DNA of 64,000 nucleotides, taken from a virus. How positions within the stretch are numbered: the first letter of the stretch is position 1; each line of letters starts with the position of its first letter. The DNA lies in IMG/VR virus record IMGVR_UViG_3300048033_001096, positions 96,001-160,000 of that record; one strand, 5' to 3'. This document shows, piece by piece, positions 28,401 to 39,300 of this stretch. The position numbers were made by a program, and so were the translations under genes. The notes under the pieces were generated by a model that saw nothing but the letters and a program-made list of their open reading frames with translations, was not told the origin of the DNA and did no database searches.

Positions 28401-31400
28401 TATATCTGACGGAATTGGTATTTGGGCTAAAGGCGGCGATGCATTAACAGAAGCAGTTTCGGTGTTCTCGTACTACAATTATGCAGGTTATTTTGCAGAA
28501 GATGGCGCAAAGATACGTGCAACAAATGGTAACAGTTCTTATGGTACTTTTGGTGTTATTGCTGAAGGATTTGATGTAAATGAAGTCCCGGCAGTCGGAG
28601 TTGTAAACAACAGAGATAACGAAGCTACAGCAGAAGCAGTATCAGCATTAGGCCAAAACTCGGAAATTTTAAAAATTCAATATACACATGCAGGTGAAGA
28701 ATATTACAACACTACAACAAATTTATTACGTTACTCTAACGATTTACTTGCTGATACGTTATGGCTTACTGATAGTAATTTGTCTATTACTAGAGCTGCA
28801 ACAACGCCGTACGAAAACGAAGTAGCTTGGAGAGTTGTTGCAAATACATCACTTACTGATTCTTCTTACTTTTATCAAACAAGAGAAATATCTCCACAAG
28901 GAAGAACATATACTAATGTATCAGGATTTAATATATCAGGTTCGGGTATTGAAGCTACATTTGATGTAACAGTTAACTCTGACGGATATGAAGTTTCAGT
29001 AAATAATGGCGGCAGCGGTTATGTTATTGGAAATCAAATACAATTAGACGGTAGAAGTTTTGGAGGAAGAAATCCAGAAAATGATATTATTATTACTGTT
29101 GAAGATCTAAGTATTACTTCGATATCGCAAATACAACATGAAGGAATAGTTCCAGAAGGAAGTGCTTTACCTTATAATGTAAGTATTCATGCTAAGAAAG
29201 GTGATACACCGTATTTTGATTTAGTTACTGAATTTTCAGGTGGCCCTACATCACAAACAAATTATGTAAGATATAATTTTGAAACTGATTTAGCTACTAC
29301 AACATTTAATGGTAATACATATCCGCCTACGAACATAAAAGCTGACTTTTTAGAAGACGGATGGTATAGAATTTCTTATACAGTATTTGACGAGTCAGCA
29401 TTAAACAATTTAATTACCTTTAAAATTTATCCAAGAGGTACAGATGGTATTGAAGGATTTACTAATTTTTATGGAGCTCAAATTACTATTGGTAGCGAAG
29501 ATAAATTCTTTGTTAACACTAAAGATGACACTTCTAGTGTATACGCAAATTTAAATATTTCAGGCGCAGGAACTGGTGTTGATGCTCGTGCAAACGAACT
29601 AAGAACAGGGTCAGTTTTTCAAGCAAGGCTTTTAGAAAGCGAACAGGTACGTTTAGGTGGATTAGGATATAATCTACAAACTAACAACGCACAAGCTGGT
29701 AATACTGAATATTTAACATTGGCACAGTCAGAAGTTGCAACAGCAGCTGAATACGAAGGTATGCGACTAGTTGTTAATTCTGGTAAAGGTGCAGGACAAT
29801 ACGGTATTATTTCAAACTATGACGAAACTACTAAGTTTGCGTACATTGTTAAAGAATCTTTTGATCAACAAGAACTTGTTGCTGTTAATCCTGTAGAAAA
29901 TTCATTAGTATTAGGATTAGATTCTGATTTTCATGGAGTTTATATAGGACAAAAAATTCAAGTTACTCCAACTTTCTACGATATTGGAGTGTCAAGTACT
30001 TCGCAAAGCGGTATTGATGTAACAGGAACACTAGGCGATTTAAATAATTATATGTTTGTATCTAGTACAGACAGATTGCGTGTAGGACAAAAAATTAATT
30101 TTAGTGGCGTTCCTTTCGGCGGAGTTATTATTGGATTTGACTATTATATTATTGACATCATTGACGAAAGATCAATACAGATTTCTACATCATTAGGTGG
30201 TGCAGTTTGGCCACTTACAAATGTCAATATTGAAGACCCAGATGATTCGCCAATTGTATTAACTGGAGAGGTTCCTTCGTTTACTTTAAATTATCCAGAC
30301 GACACTAGCTATCTTACAGCAGATACAACTGATAACATGCAAGTTACTTTGCCAATACAATTTACTGGTAAAGCTATTGGCGGAATTGAATTAGGTAGCG
30401 TTTATTACATTCAAGAAGTATTTAATGACACGCAGTTTTCAATATCTGAATTTATTTTAACAGAGGACGTAACAGCAACTAACGCAGCTAACAATACTTT
30501 AATTACTCTTGATACATCAGGGCTAAATCCGTTAACTCCGATTATATTTAAAGAAGGCAATGTTTTAGGTGGGCTACAAGAAAAAACAAAATACTATGTT
30601 AACTCAATTGTAAGTGGTACTGAATTTACATTAGCAAGTGATGTTATTACTAGAACTGCAACAGCATCAGAAGGAATTACTAACCTAATTACTGTTGATA
30701 GCACAGCAGGATTTATACCAAATTCTCCAATAACATTTACTGGAGTAACATTTGGACAAATTGATAATGACAAAGTATACTATATTCAGGTTGTTAACGA
30801 TGCAACTTCTTTTACAATCTCTGAAGCACCGGGCGGTGCAGCAGTTCCGTTAACAACAGCAGTTGGTGAAGTTTTTGTTAGGACTTCGTTAGATGAAGTT
30901 GTTATTAGCACTGATACCGGAACAATGGAATTCCAAACAACAGGTACTAAATTTGTGTTAGATTCTGGCAGAGATATAATGGAAGGATCGTTCTTTACTG
31001 AAATATTTGCCGGACTTGAAACTGGTGTAACTTATTATGTTGTTGATAAGTTTGATACAAATTCGTCAAAAGAAATTAAGATATCTGAAACAGAAGGTGG
31101 CGCAGCAATACTATTAACAGAAGAGTCGGGATCAATGCAAGTTAACGAAGTTGGTTGGGATCACATTAACGCAGGAACTCCGTTAGTTACGACTTTTGAT
31201 TCAACATCTGTTTATCAAATAGAACCAAGAATAACATTTGATGCACCGCCATTTTATACAGAACTAATGCCTACCGTATCATTTGGTAACGGTAATGGTT
31301 TCTGTACAATTGTTGACGATAACGATAGTCAAATTCTTGCAATACCTAATGACGGCGACACTGTGCTCGGAACAACTGATTTTACAGATTGGGACGTTAC

Positions 31401-33303
31401 ATACAGATTGCCATTTGACGGTAATGACGGTACAAATGGCGGATGGGTTGATGCTACCTACGGTAATAATACTTTCTTTATTATGTCAAAAGACGGTAGT
31501 GATTCTTTATATAGTAACTCAGCTGGGTTAACTTGGCTTTCGGTTGATATGCCTACATTGCCTGAGGCCGGCCCTGGAGAAAAACAAGGTATTTGGAAAT
31601 CAGTTGCATACGGTAATGGAAGATTTGTTGCTATTGCTAATAATGTAGAGAATAGTGCATATTCAACTAATAATTGTAATTCATGGACTGAAGTAACAGG
31701 TCCTATAGATATCGAAGGCGAAGAAGATTGGAGAGATATAGCATACGGTAACGAAATATTTGTAGCAATATCTGGATCAAGCGATACTGCAAAATATTCA
31801 ACAGATGGCGGAGAAACATGGAACGCTACTGAAATCACAGGAACATCAACTGTTGATAATTGGAGAGCTATTGAATTTGGCAACGGAAGATTTGTTGCAA
31901 TTTCAGAAGACGATCGTCCAGCAGTTTACAGCTTTGACGGCATTACATGGTATCCGTCAAATGTTGATGTATCTGGTAATATTTTAAAATATGCACAAGG
32001 AGTGTTTGTAGTTATTAATTCATCAACTGGATTATGTTGTACTTCTGCAGACGGATTTACTTGGAATTTACAAACTGATACAGTAGGCGGAGACTACGAT
32101 GTATGCGGATTTGGACTAGATCCAGATACGAAAAAAGGTTGGTTTATGACTATTAATGAAGTAGGTAATCAGGCATTTAAAATAAATGCAGGATGTAAAG
32201 CAATTGCTAGAGCAAGTGTTGCTAATGCAAGACTTACAAGTATTAGCTTACTAGAACCTGGTTCGGGATACGAAGATGATAGCTTTGTTCCTAATGTAAA
32301 AATTACAGATCCAAATAATTCCGAAGAAGCTCTAATACAAGTGCGTGTCGGTAATGGAACATTAGGTGCACCAAACTTTGTAAGTTTCGGTAGTGGGTTT
32401 AATACAACGTCTACAGCTATTTCTATTAGGGGTAATGGTTTTAGTGATTCGTTCCAAACAGGTCTAACATTGATTGCAAAAGAAATTACTAGATTCCCAA
32501 GTCCAGGTGACAACTTACAGTTTGAAGGCAATCCGGAAGTATATCGTGTTGCTAAAGCAGAAAGATTACGAGGTACCGAAATACCAAATCTTGAGACATT
32601 AATAACTTTAAGTCCACAGTTAACACAGGAAACAGCACCAAATCATAATACGCCATTTACTATTCGTAGTAGATTTAGTCAATGTCGTATTACAAATCAT
32701 GACTTCCTAAACATTGGATTTGGTAACGAAGTACAATCCAATTATCCATTCCTTCCTGAAGAGACAGGACTTGAGCCGCAAGACGAAATTCAAGAAACAA
32801 ACAACGGGCGTGTGTTCTACTCAAGTACAGACCAAGACGGTAACTTTAGAGTTGGTGACTTGTTTGCTGTAGAACAGGCAACAGGTGTCGTTACACTAAG
32901 TGCTTCAGAATTTGGACTAGAAGGTCTAACTGAATTAACAATTGGTGGTGTTGCACTTGGTGGCTCACCGGTTGTTGTTTCAGAATTTTCAACAGATGGT
33001 ACATTTGTTGCTAACTCAAATAATATTGTTCCAACACAGAGAGCAATTAGAACATATTTGGCAAGTAGATTGTCACAAGGTGGTTCAGATACATTTACAG
33101 GATTGCTACAAGCAGGTACTGTTAAAGTAGGTGGACCAGACGAAATTACATCATCGGTACCAGAAGGCGGCGAGGGCTGGCAAGTTAAGATTGGTACTAA
33201 GGCAATGGTAGACGGACCATTTGCAGGTTGGAGCGGAGACGGACTAGCAATGTCTTATTTTATGAAGACATTTACCGATCCTACACGCGGCGACTTACAA
33301 TAA
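25429..33303 (+). CDS. Giant virion/fibre protein B1
   Basis: 2624 aa; N-terminal W..Y..GD.V.YGG..Y (CBM5/12-like) repeats, beta-helix-like core, VAYGNGRFVA propeller repeats; late box 25394-25401. Confidence 0.75.
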   Translation: MSEFKISRLRFSWVGEWKDQYVYNKDEIVQFEGKAYVCLIPHTSNGFYADLSNIEPKWELMMTGQTWKGPWQQFTNYALDNIVIFGGVVYKCNEQHLSASIIDPDIDKWDVYAESKTWKSEWTSNTTYGPGDIVNYGGSAYECIIAHISAETDLLGLEADYTDIDDSTERYWKLSTYGVQYRGDYSTFSEDSTYIRYKLNDVVKYGPSLYKCIWGHSPGIAIEDFSTNMEMADSFVPEYWEEWLPGLDFDNVWDVDTFYQPGDVVLYGGYLFQSKIINNLGNKPSTTYGEDSTDAWEIISEAYSIDGDWIVDSEYKVGSVVRYGGDLYVALTDSIGQNPGSFEVTIPYESEGSSGNTIILNAEDSVPLDAITVGMTVTGEGFARGQQVEVVEVDAETKLITVTLNYPPDGAINDEAVLTLAGTNYAFWELLIPGFQYEGRWSEGRTYNADDVAYFGNATYKCTREHTSALVNRPDLDLQNNYWIIYLQHDQRNSLTTPGQMIVFDKDDGNIPLEIGDEASILKVINGLPTWSDIDFTPNVYYVATNGTDLPDRGTTPDTAWASIKYACEIIKEGTLQQNAKELIQKNKEWIVQETFYWFLYQQNQGIAPFGDSFNFDNEKVIRDSRQIVDAAVKDLTRGGNAQTVAAALSYFDLESTNRFTNDEIAAQAIYFKIFFVKLFEHIEFALTNTPSGTNYQQLEGDRLGGDLKPGMIPFATQYFNTNLVLDSNTLTIVRAFERIYVESFTLGSPNTIPPANESAYSTINIKAGTYLEELPIVVPCNSALNGDELRGTTVQPANPVNTLCTKTTGDINLFTVGSTVNMEHNTPVQFVSLNPINEISTIIGDVIAGQTYYVIGDSITPTAFAVSEEPDGVPFEIRTNIGGMYVYGGNALRDMFYVQNATGIRNMTVKGLRGTLTVENEYLTRRPTGGAYVSLDPGEGPDDTTAWITYKSPYIQNVTTFGKGCVGLKIDSDLHNGGNTSVTSNDFTQIISDGIGIWAKGGDALTEAVSVFSYYNYAGYFAEDGAKIRATNGNSSYGTFGVIAEGFDVNEVPAVGVVNNRDNEATAEAVSALGQNSEILKIQYTHAGEEYYNTTTNLLRYSNDLLADTLWLTDSNLSITRAATTPYENEVAWRVVANTSLTDSSYFYQTREISPQGRTYTNVSGFNISGSGIEATFDVTVNSDGYEVSVNNGGSGYVIGNQIQLDGRSFGGRNPENDIIITVEDLSITSISQIQHEGIVPEGSALPYNVSIHAKKGDTPYFDLVTEFSGGPTSQTNYVRYNFETDLATTTFNGNTYPPTNIKADFLEDGWYRISYTVFDESALNNLITFKIYPRGTDGIEGFTNFYGAQITIGSEDKFFVNTKDDTSSVYANLNISGAGTGVDARANELRTGSVFQARLLESEQVRLGGLGYNLQTNNAQAGNTEYLTLAQSEVATAAEYEGMRLVVNSGKGAGQYGIISNYDETTKFAYIVKESFDQQELVAVNPVENSLVLGLDSDFHGVYIGQKIQVTPTFYDIGVSSTSQSGIDVTGTLGDLNNYMFVSSTDRLRVGQKINFSGVPFGGVIIGFDYYIIDIIDERSIQISTSLGGAVWPLTNVNIEDPDDSPIVLTGEVPSFTLNYPDDTSYLTADTTDNMQVTLPIQFTGKAIGGIELGSVYYIQEVFNDTQFSISEFILTEDVTATNAANNTLITLDTSGLNPLTPIIFKEGNVLGGLQEKTKYYVNSIVSGTEFTLASDVITRTATASEGITNLITVDSTAGFIPNSPITFTGVTFGQIDNDKVYYIQVVNDATSFTISEAPGGAAVPLTTAVGEVFVRTSLDEVVISTDTGTMEFQTTGTKFVLDSGRDIMEGSFFTEIFAGLETGVTYYVVDKFDTNSSKEIKISETEGGAAILLTEESGSMQVNEVGWDHINAGTPLVTTFDSTSVYQIEPRITFDAPPFYTELMPTVSFGNGNGFCTIVDDNDSQILAIPNDGDTVLGTTDFTDWDVTYRLPFDGNDGTNGGWVDATYGNNTFFIMSKDGSDSLYSNSAGLTWLSVDMPTLPEAGPGEKQGIWKSVAYGNGRFVAIANNVENSAYSTNNCNSWTEVTGPIDIEGEEDWRDIAYGNEIFVAISGSSDTAKYSTDGGETWNATEITGTSTVDNWRAIEFGNGRFVAISEDDRPAVYSFDGITWYPSNVDVSGNILKYAQGVFVVINSSTGLCCTSADGFTWNLQTDTVGGDYDVCGFGLDPDTKKGWFMTINEVGNQAFKINAGCKAIARASVANARLTSISLLEPGSGYEDDSFVPNVKITDPNNSEEALIQVRVGNGTLGAPNFVSFGSGFNTTSTAISIRGNGFSDSFQTGLTLIAKEITRFPSPGDNLQFEGNPEVYRVAKAERLRGTEIPNLETLITLSPQLTQETAPNHNTPFTIRSRFSQCRITNHDFLNIGFGNEVQSNYPFLPEETGLEPQDEIQETNNGRVFYSSTDQDGNFRVGDLFAVEQATGVVTLSASEFGLEGLTELTIGGVALGGSPVVVSEFSTDGTFVANSNNIVPTQRAIRTYLASRLSQGGSDTFTGLLQAGTVKVGGPDEITSSVPEGGEGWQVKIGTKAMVDGPFAGWSGDGLAMSYFMKTFTDPTRGDLQ

Positions 33304-33336
33304 GATAAATACATTAACACGGAGTTAAAATAAAAA

Positions 33337-36300
33337 ATGGCAGAGTTTAAACTAGGTAGAATTAGATTTGTTTGGCAGGGCGACTGGAGTGCTGATCGAA
33401 CATATGTTGCAGACGATGTTGTAAGTTTTGGTGGTAAATCATACATTTGTATTAGAAACCATACATCAACAGCATCATTCCAAAATGATTTTGATAGTGA
33501 AATCAAGAAATGGGATATTGTTTCAGATGGTACAGCTTGGCAAGGTGATTGGGAACCAGAATTTAGTTATGCACCAGGTGACGTTGTGCGTTATGGTGCA
33601 ATTGTTTACATTGCAGAAACTGGGCATGTTTCTGCAACATTTGAATCACCTGACTTCTTAGGACTAGAAGCTGACTTAGACAAATGGACACCTTTTGCTA
33701 CATCCTTTGATTGGAAAAGCGATTGGGAAACCGCAACTAGATATAAAATTAACGACCTAGTACGTTATGGTGGATTTGTTTATCTGTGTAATACTGCTCA
33801 TGTTTCTGCCGCAACAGTAGCACTTGGATTAGAAAACGATCAAGGTAAATGGACTTTATTCAGTGACGGATTAGTATACTTAGGAGAATGGGTAACTGAA
33901 AATCGTTATCGTTTAAACGATGTTGTTAAGTACGGCGGCAACGTGTTTATCTGTACTACTCCGCACACATCAAATGACTTTATAAGTGATGAAGTAAACT
34001 GGGATGTATTTATTGAAGGCTTCCAGTTTGAAGATAGTTGGAATAATTCTACTGTTTATCAAATTGGTGATACTATTACATACGGTGGTTATGTATATGT
34101 TGCTAAGACTAACAATACAAACGCACAGCCAACAGCAAGTCCAGATGATTGGGAAGTGTTTACAACTGGATTTGCGTTTCAAGGTGATTGGAGTTCGTTA
34201 GATAGTTACAAAGTAGGCGATGTTGTACGTTTGGGAGGCAATACTTATGTAGGTATCGCCGACAGCTTAGATCAAGAACCGCCAAATGATACTTATTGGA
34301 GTAGATTAAACTCTGGCATCAATTGGACTAGAAGCGTCGAATCTTTCTCACAAGTAGCTGGTACAAATGCAGCAGGGCAGTCAGGTTCAGGAGCACGATT
34401 TGACGTTGTTAAATCAAATACAGTTTACACTGTAAGTGTTTCAACAGGCTTTACTGGTACAGGTTATGCCGAAAATGATGTTATTACATTGTCAGGCGCA
34501 GATGTAGGCGGAACAACTCCGGCTAACGATATTGTTGTAACTGTAACAGGAGTCACAGCCGGTGCAGTTGATTCAATTACTCATACTGGATTCTCGTCCT
34601 CTTGGATTGCTGGAAAAGATTACCATGTTGGTGATGTAGTTATATATGGAGCAAGTTCGTTTATTTGTGTAACTAAAAATACTTCAGAAACTGATAATAG
34701 ACCAGACAATGACACTGAAGCAGTTTACTGGAACATTTTAACAATTGGATCCGAAGCACTATCGCTTGAAGTATCTGGCGACATGGTTTACTACGGTAAT
34801 AATGGTCCAACTAGACTCCCAATCGGAGTTGACGGACAAATTTTACGTGCAACTGACGGATTTCCTGAATGGGCAAACTATGGCCTAATTGACAACGTTG
34901 TTTATGTTGGCCCACTAGGTACTGATATTCCTGCACCTGAATCAGGACTAACAATTGACAAACCTTTTGCTAGTGTACGTTATGCACTTGATCAAATTCG
35001 TAACGGATATCTAAATCCTAAGACACGAGATGTATTAAGAAATAATAAACAGTTTTTAATCAAAGAAGCATCTGAATGGGTAAAATATAATTATAATGTG
35101 CAGATTACTGCATCGGCAAGTGGCACACGTACATTTACTTGTAACAGTACAGAAAATTTACGTGACGGGATTCCGTTTGTGTTTAGTGGAGACGTATTTG
35201 GAGGAGTTACTGCTGGAACAACATATTACATCGATGCTATTATAAGCTCAACTGAATTTAGAATTAGTGACACTCAAGGTGGTATATCAATAATACTTAC
35301 AGACGACACTGGTACTATGGAAGGTAATGCATCTGTAAACTTTGACAATTTAGAAGCAGACTGTGCTAGAATTGTTGATGGTATAATTTATGATGTTTCA
35401 AGAGGCGGAACATTAAAGACTACTACTGCTACAAACTTATATTATGTGAATACATATACATTTAGTGTTGAAAGCAATAATTATGTTTCACAAGAAGTTC
35501 AAGAACAAAAAACAATTAACCAAGAAGTATATACAAAATTAAAAGATATTATTGACGATGTTGTAAATAATAGACACCCTGTTAATTATCAAGCTCTTAA
35601 TGATATTAGTGTAGAAGACAGAGCACAGCAAGTACTTGATCTTGATCTAGTTGCTGAAGACCGCGGCAAGGAAAAAGCCGGCGACCTTCTTGACATTGTT
35701 GTTAATGGTATTGTTGCAGGATCTAACACAGCAATTGCTTTACCTGTACTTCCAAATACTACAGTGTTTATCAAGACAGGTACTTATAACGAAGTATTGC
35801 CAATGATTCTTCCAGAATACACTGCGGTAGTTGGAGACGAACTACGTACAAGTGTTGTACAACCTCGACCTGCTATTGCAAAACTAGCAAACGACAAAAA
35901 TAAAACAACTAGTGCATTAAACAGAATTAAAGATCTTGCTCCTAAAGTAATACAAAATATTGAAGTAGAAAAAACAGCTGGAAACACTGCTATACAACAA
36001 TATGTTAACGGTTATGGCGGCACAACTACTACAACAAATAGATTAAACAATGGTATTGAAAAACTATCTGATATTTTAGAAAAAGGATTAACAGAAGTAG
36101 ACCTATTACCTAACGTAGGACCTGTTCCTACTAGTGGATCAAATAATGCAAGTGATAGTGGCTTTGCAAATGCTATTGCACAAATTGAAGCTAACGTTGA
36201 CTTTATTGTTGCAGAGCAAACTGCTTGGATCCAAGCACAAGTAGACGGCGAGATTGCACCTTTTGCATCAGACTTTACGTTTGATACTGCAAACTGTGAA

Positions 36301-39300
36301 AGAGATACACGTTATATCTTAGATGCACTACGTTACGATTTAACTTACGGTGGCAACTTAGAAACAACGGTTGCAGCAAGAAGTTATTTTGTAGACGGAA
36401 ATCCAGTATACGGTACTGGCAAAAAAGAAGAAACACTTGCAACGTATGCTCATCTAAAATTGATTGTTAGCGATATAATTATTGAAGCTGCAATTACACC
36501 AACAGTCGGCAATGATGTAACACAAAATACAGACGGCGATGCAGGTTCAGCAGCAGCAGAAACATTTGCAGATACACGTATTCAAGAAATTTATGATACT
36601 ATTGACACAGACGGTACACTACCTACACCTGTATTACCTGATACAAGTTGGGTTGACGGGGTTGTAAGTTCAGTTGTGTCAGACTTTGTTGCTGTAAAAG
36701 CAGACATTCAATCTGGAGCTATTGAATGGGTAAACGAAAATTATCCAACACTTGATTATAACCAAACTAAGTGCGAACGCGATGTAGGATACTTTGTAGA
36801 TGCGTTAGAATATGATATACTATTTGGAAGTACATTCCGTTCTACTAAAGCAGGCATGTCTTATCGTAGAGCAATTAGTTCTGCAGAAGTAGTAATTGAT
36901 AGTCAATTAGAACCTACAATCGGAACTGTTGATTATACTAGAGATAGAATTAAGTATTACACTACTAGGACTGCTAAAGTTGACGAAAGTACAGATTTAA
37001 TTCTTGACATTTTAGAGAATGGTTCGGGATCTATTCCGTCTAGTTATACATACACAGATCCTGCAGGTTATGATACAGGATTTTTAAATGCTAGAAGATT
37101 AATTTCAGTAAATAAAGATTTTATTGTCTCTGAAATTGATGCATTCATGACTGACAACTACGGAGCATTTTGGGTGGCTTTAGATTCAGATTCAAAGGCA
37201 CAGTGGTTAGAAGATTTAGACGAACAAGTTGAAGCTCTTAAGTATGATTTAACATACAGAGGTAACTTAGCAACTATTATACAATCAAGACTGTATTATG
37301 ATTTACAAGGTGCGTTTGTGAGAGGCGCTAATGAAAAAACAGAATCTTTAGCAGCACAGCAAAGACTAATTGATATTATTTCAGATATTGCATTAGGTAC
37401 ATTAATTACAAAGTCAACAAGCAATGCTGATACACAAGACAATACTGGAACAGCTGGGTCTGCAGGTGCAGCAGCATTTGCTCAAGATAGAGCTCAAGAA
37501 ATTTATGAGTCTGCTGATAGTGGATTAGAACCTGCATTAATTAGTCCATCAACAGCATGGACTGATGCTGCATTACAAGATCTTAAAACAGTACTTGATT
37601 CTAGATCAGAAACAATACAACTAGCTGCAACAGATTATATTGATTTCTTATATCCTACACTAGATTATGATACATCACTATGCCAACGCGATGTTGGTTA
37701 TATGATTGACGGTATTGGATACGATGTTATTTTTGATAGTAATTACTTAACAGTACAAAATGCTATAGCATATCGTAGAGGAACAGTTTCAACAGAACTA
37801 GTATTAAGTTCTCAACTACAAGAAACATTGTCTACAATTAGATTTGTAAACTCAACACTTACAGAAATTACTAAAGGTGTTGTTAGCGATACTGGTACAA
37901 GAGCTGCTGGCGATGCTGCATTTAAACTAGTTAAGGACATGAATACTATTATTCAAAATGGATTAGAAGCATTGCCGCCAATTAGTTATCCAACTGCTCC
38001 AGGCTACAATACTGCTGATTTTGCAGACACTGCATATGCAACAACATCAAATACAACCGGTGCAACAACAACTTATGGTGATGCAGCGGATCAGATTGTT
38101 GCTAACTACGAGTTTATACAAGATGAAGTTCGAAAGTGGTTAGAAGATTCAAATAACGGTTATGATGTTATTTGGGGATCTATTACTCCAGATGGGCAAG
38201 ACCGTTGTATACGAGATGTAGGGTATATTTTAGATGCAGTGCGTTATGATTTAACATACGGTGGCAACACACAGTCATTAATTGCAGGCAGTGCATATTA
38301 TTCAAATTTTGTATTAACAATTTCAGCAGCTGAGCTTCCGGCTACACTTGCAGCATATGCAAGACTAAAAGAAGTTGTTGAAGAAGTAATTGCTGAAACT
38401 ACAGTAACTACAAGTCCAGGCGTGACTGAAGTACAAGACACAAGTGGAACACCTGGTAATACATCTTCAATTGAATTTGCTGGTGATAGAATTGACGATG
38501 TTCTTGACTACATTAATAATGCAAATCCAAATGATACTATTGAAATTGCAAATAGTTGGCAACAAAAAGGAATTACAAAATCTTATAACAGAATTAAAAA
38601 TCGTAAAGATGAAATTGTTGAAGATGTTGTATTTTATGTTGAAAAATTCCATCAAGAATTGCAATACAATCAAGATACATGTCGTAGAGATGCAGCACTA
38701 ATGGTTGATGCAATTGCACGTGATCTTTATACTGGATCAAATTTTGCTACAACTAAAGCAGGTATGAGCTATTATAGATTAATAGCAAGTGCTTTAGAAG
38801 TTGTTAATAACGAACTGTATGCAACTGTAAATAGTGTTGAGTTCTTAGCACAAAAAATAAGAAAAGTTGCAACTGTATCAGCTAATGCATCAATTGATTT
38901 GCTGATAACTGATATTACGTCATTTATTAACGGTGGCAAAGTTCCAATTAATAAATGGGTTATAGCTGATGATTCAGACACAGCAGATGTTGCTGCGGCA
39001 TCAATTATCTGGGAAAATAAAGCATATATTGTAGCAGAAGTTATTGCATTCTTAGATGATGCATACCCAGAGTTGACATATAATAAAGATAAATGTCGTA
39101 GAGATACAGGAATGCTTGTTGATGCAGTGCGTTATGATCTAACTTATGGAAGTAACTATGCAACACAAAAATTTGCAGAATTTTATTATCAGAAAAACTT
39201 TAACGAAGAATTTGAAATTGTTATTAGTACCGACGAAAAGGCAGCTACACTTGCAGCATATGATTATGCTAAACAAATCTTAACAGGATTAGCAGTAAAC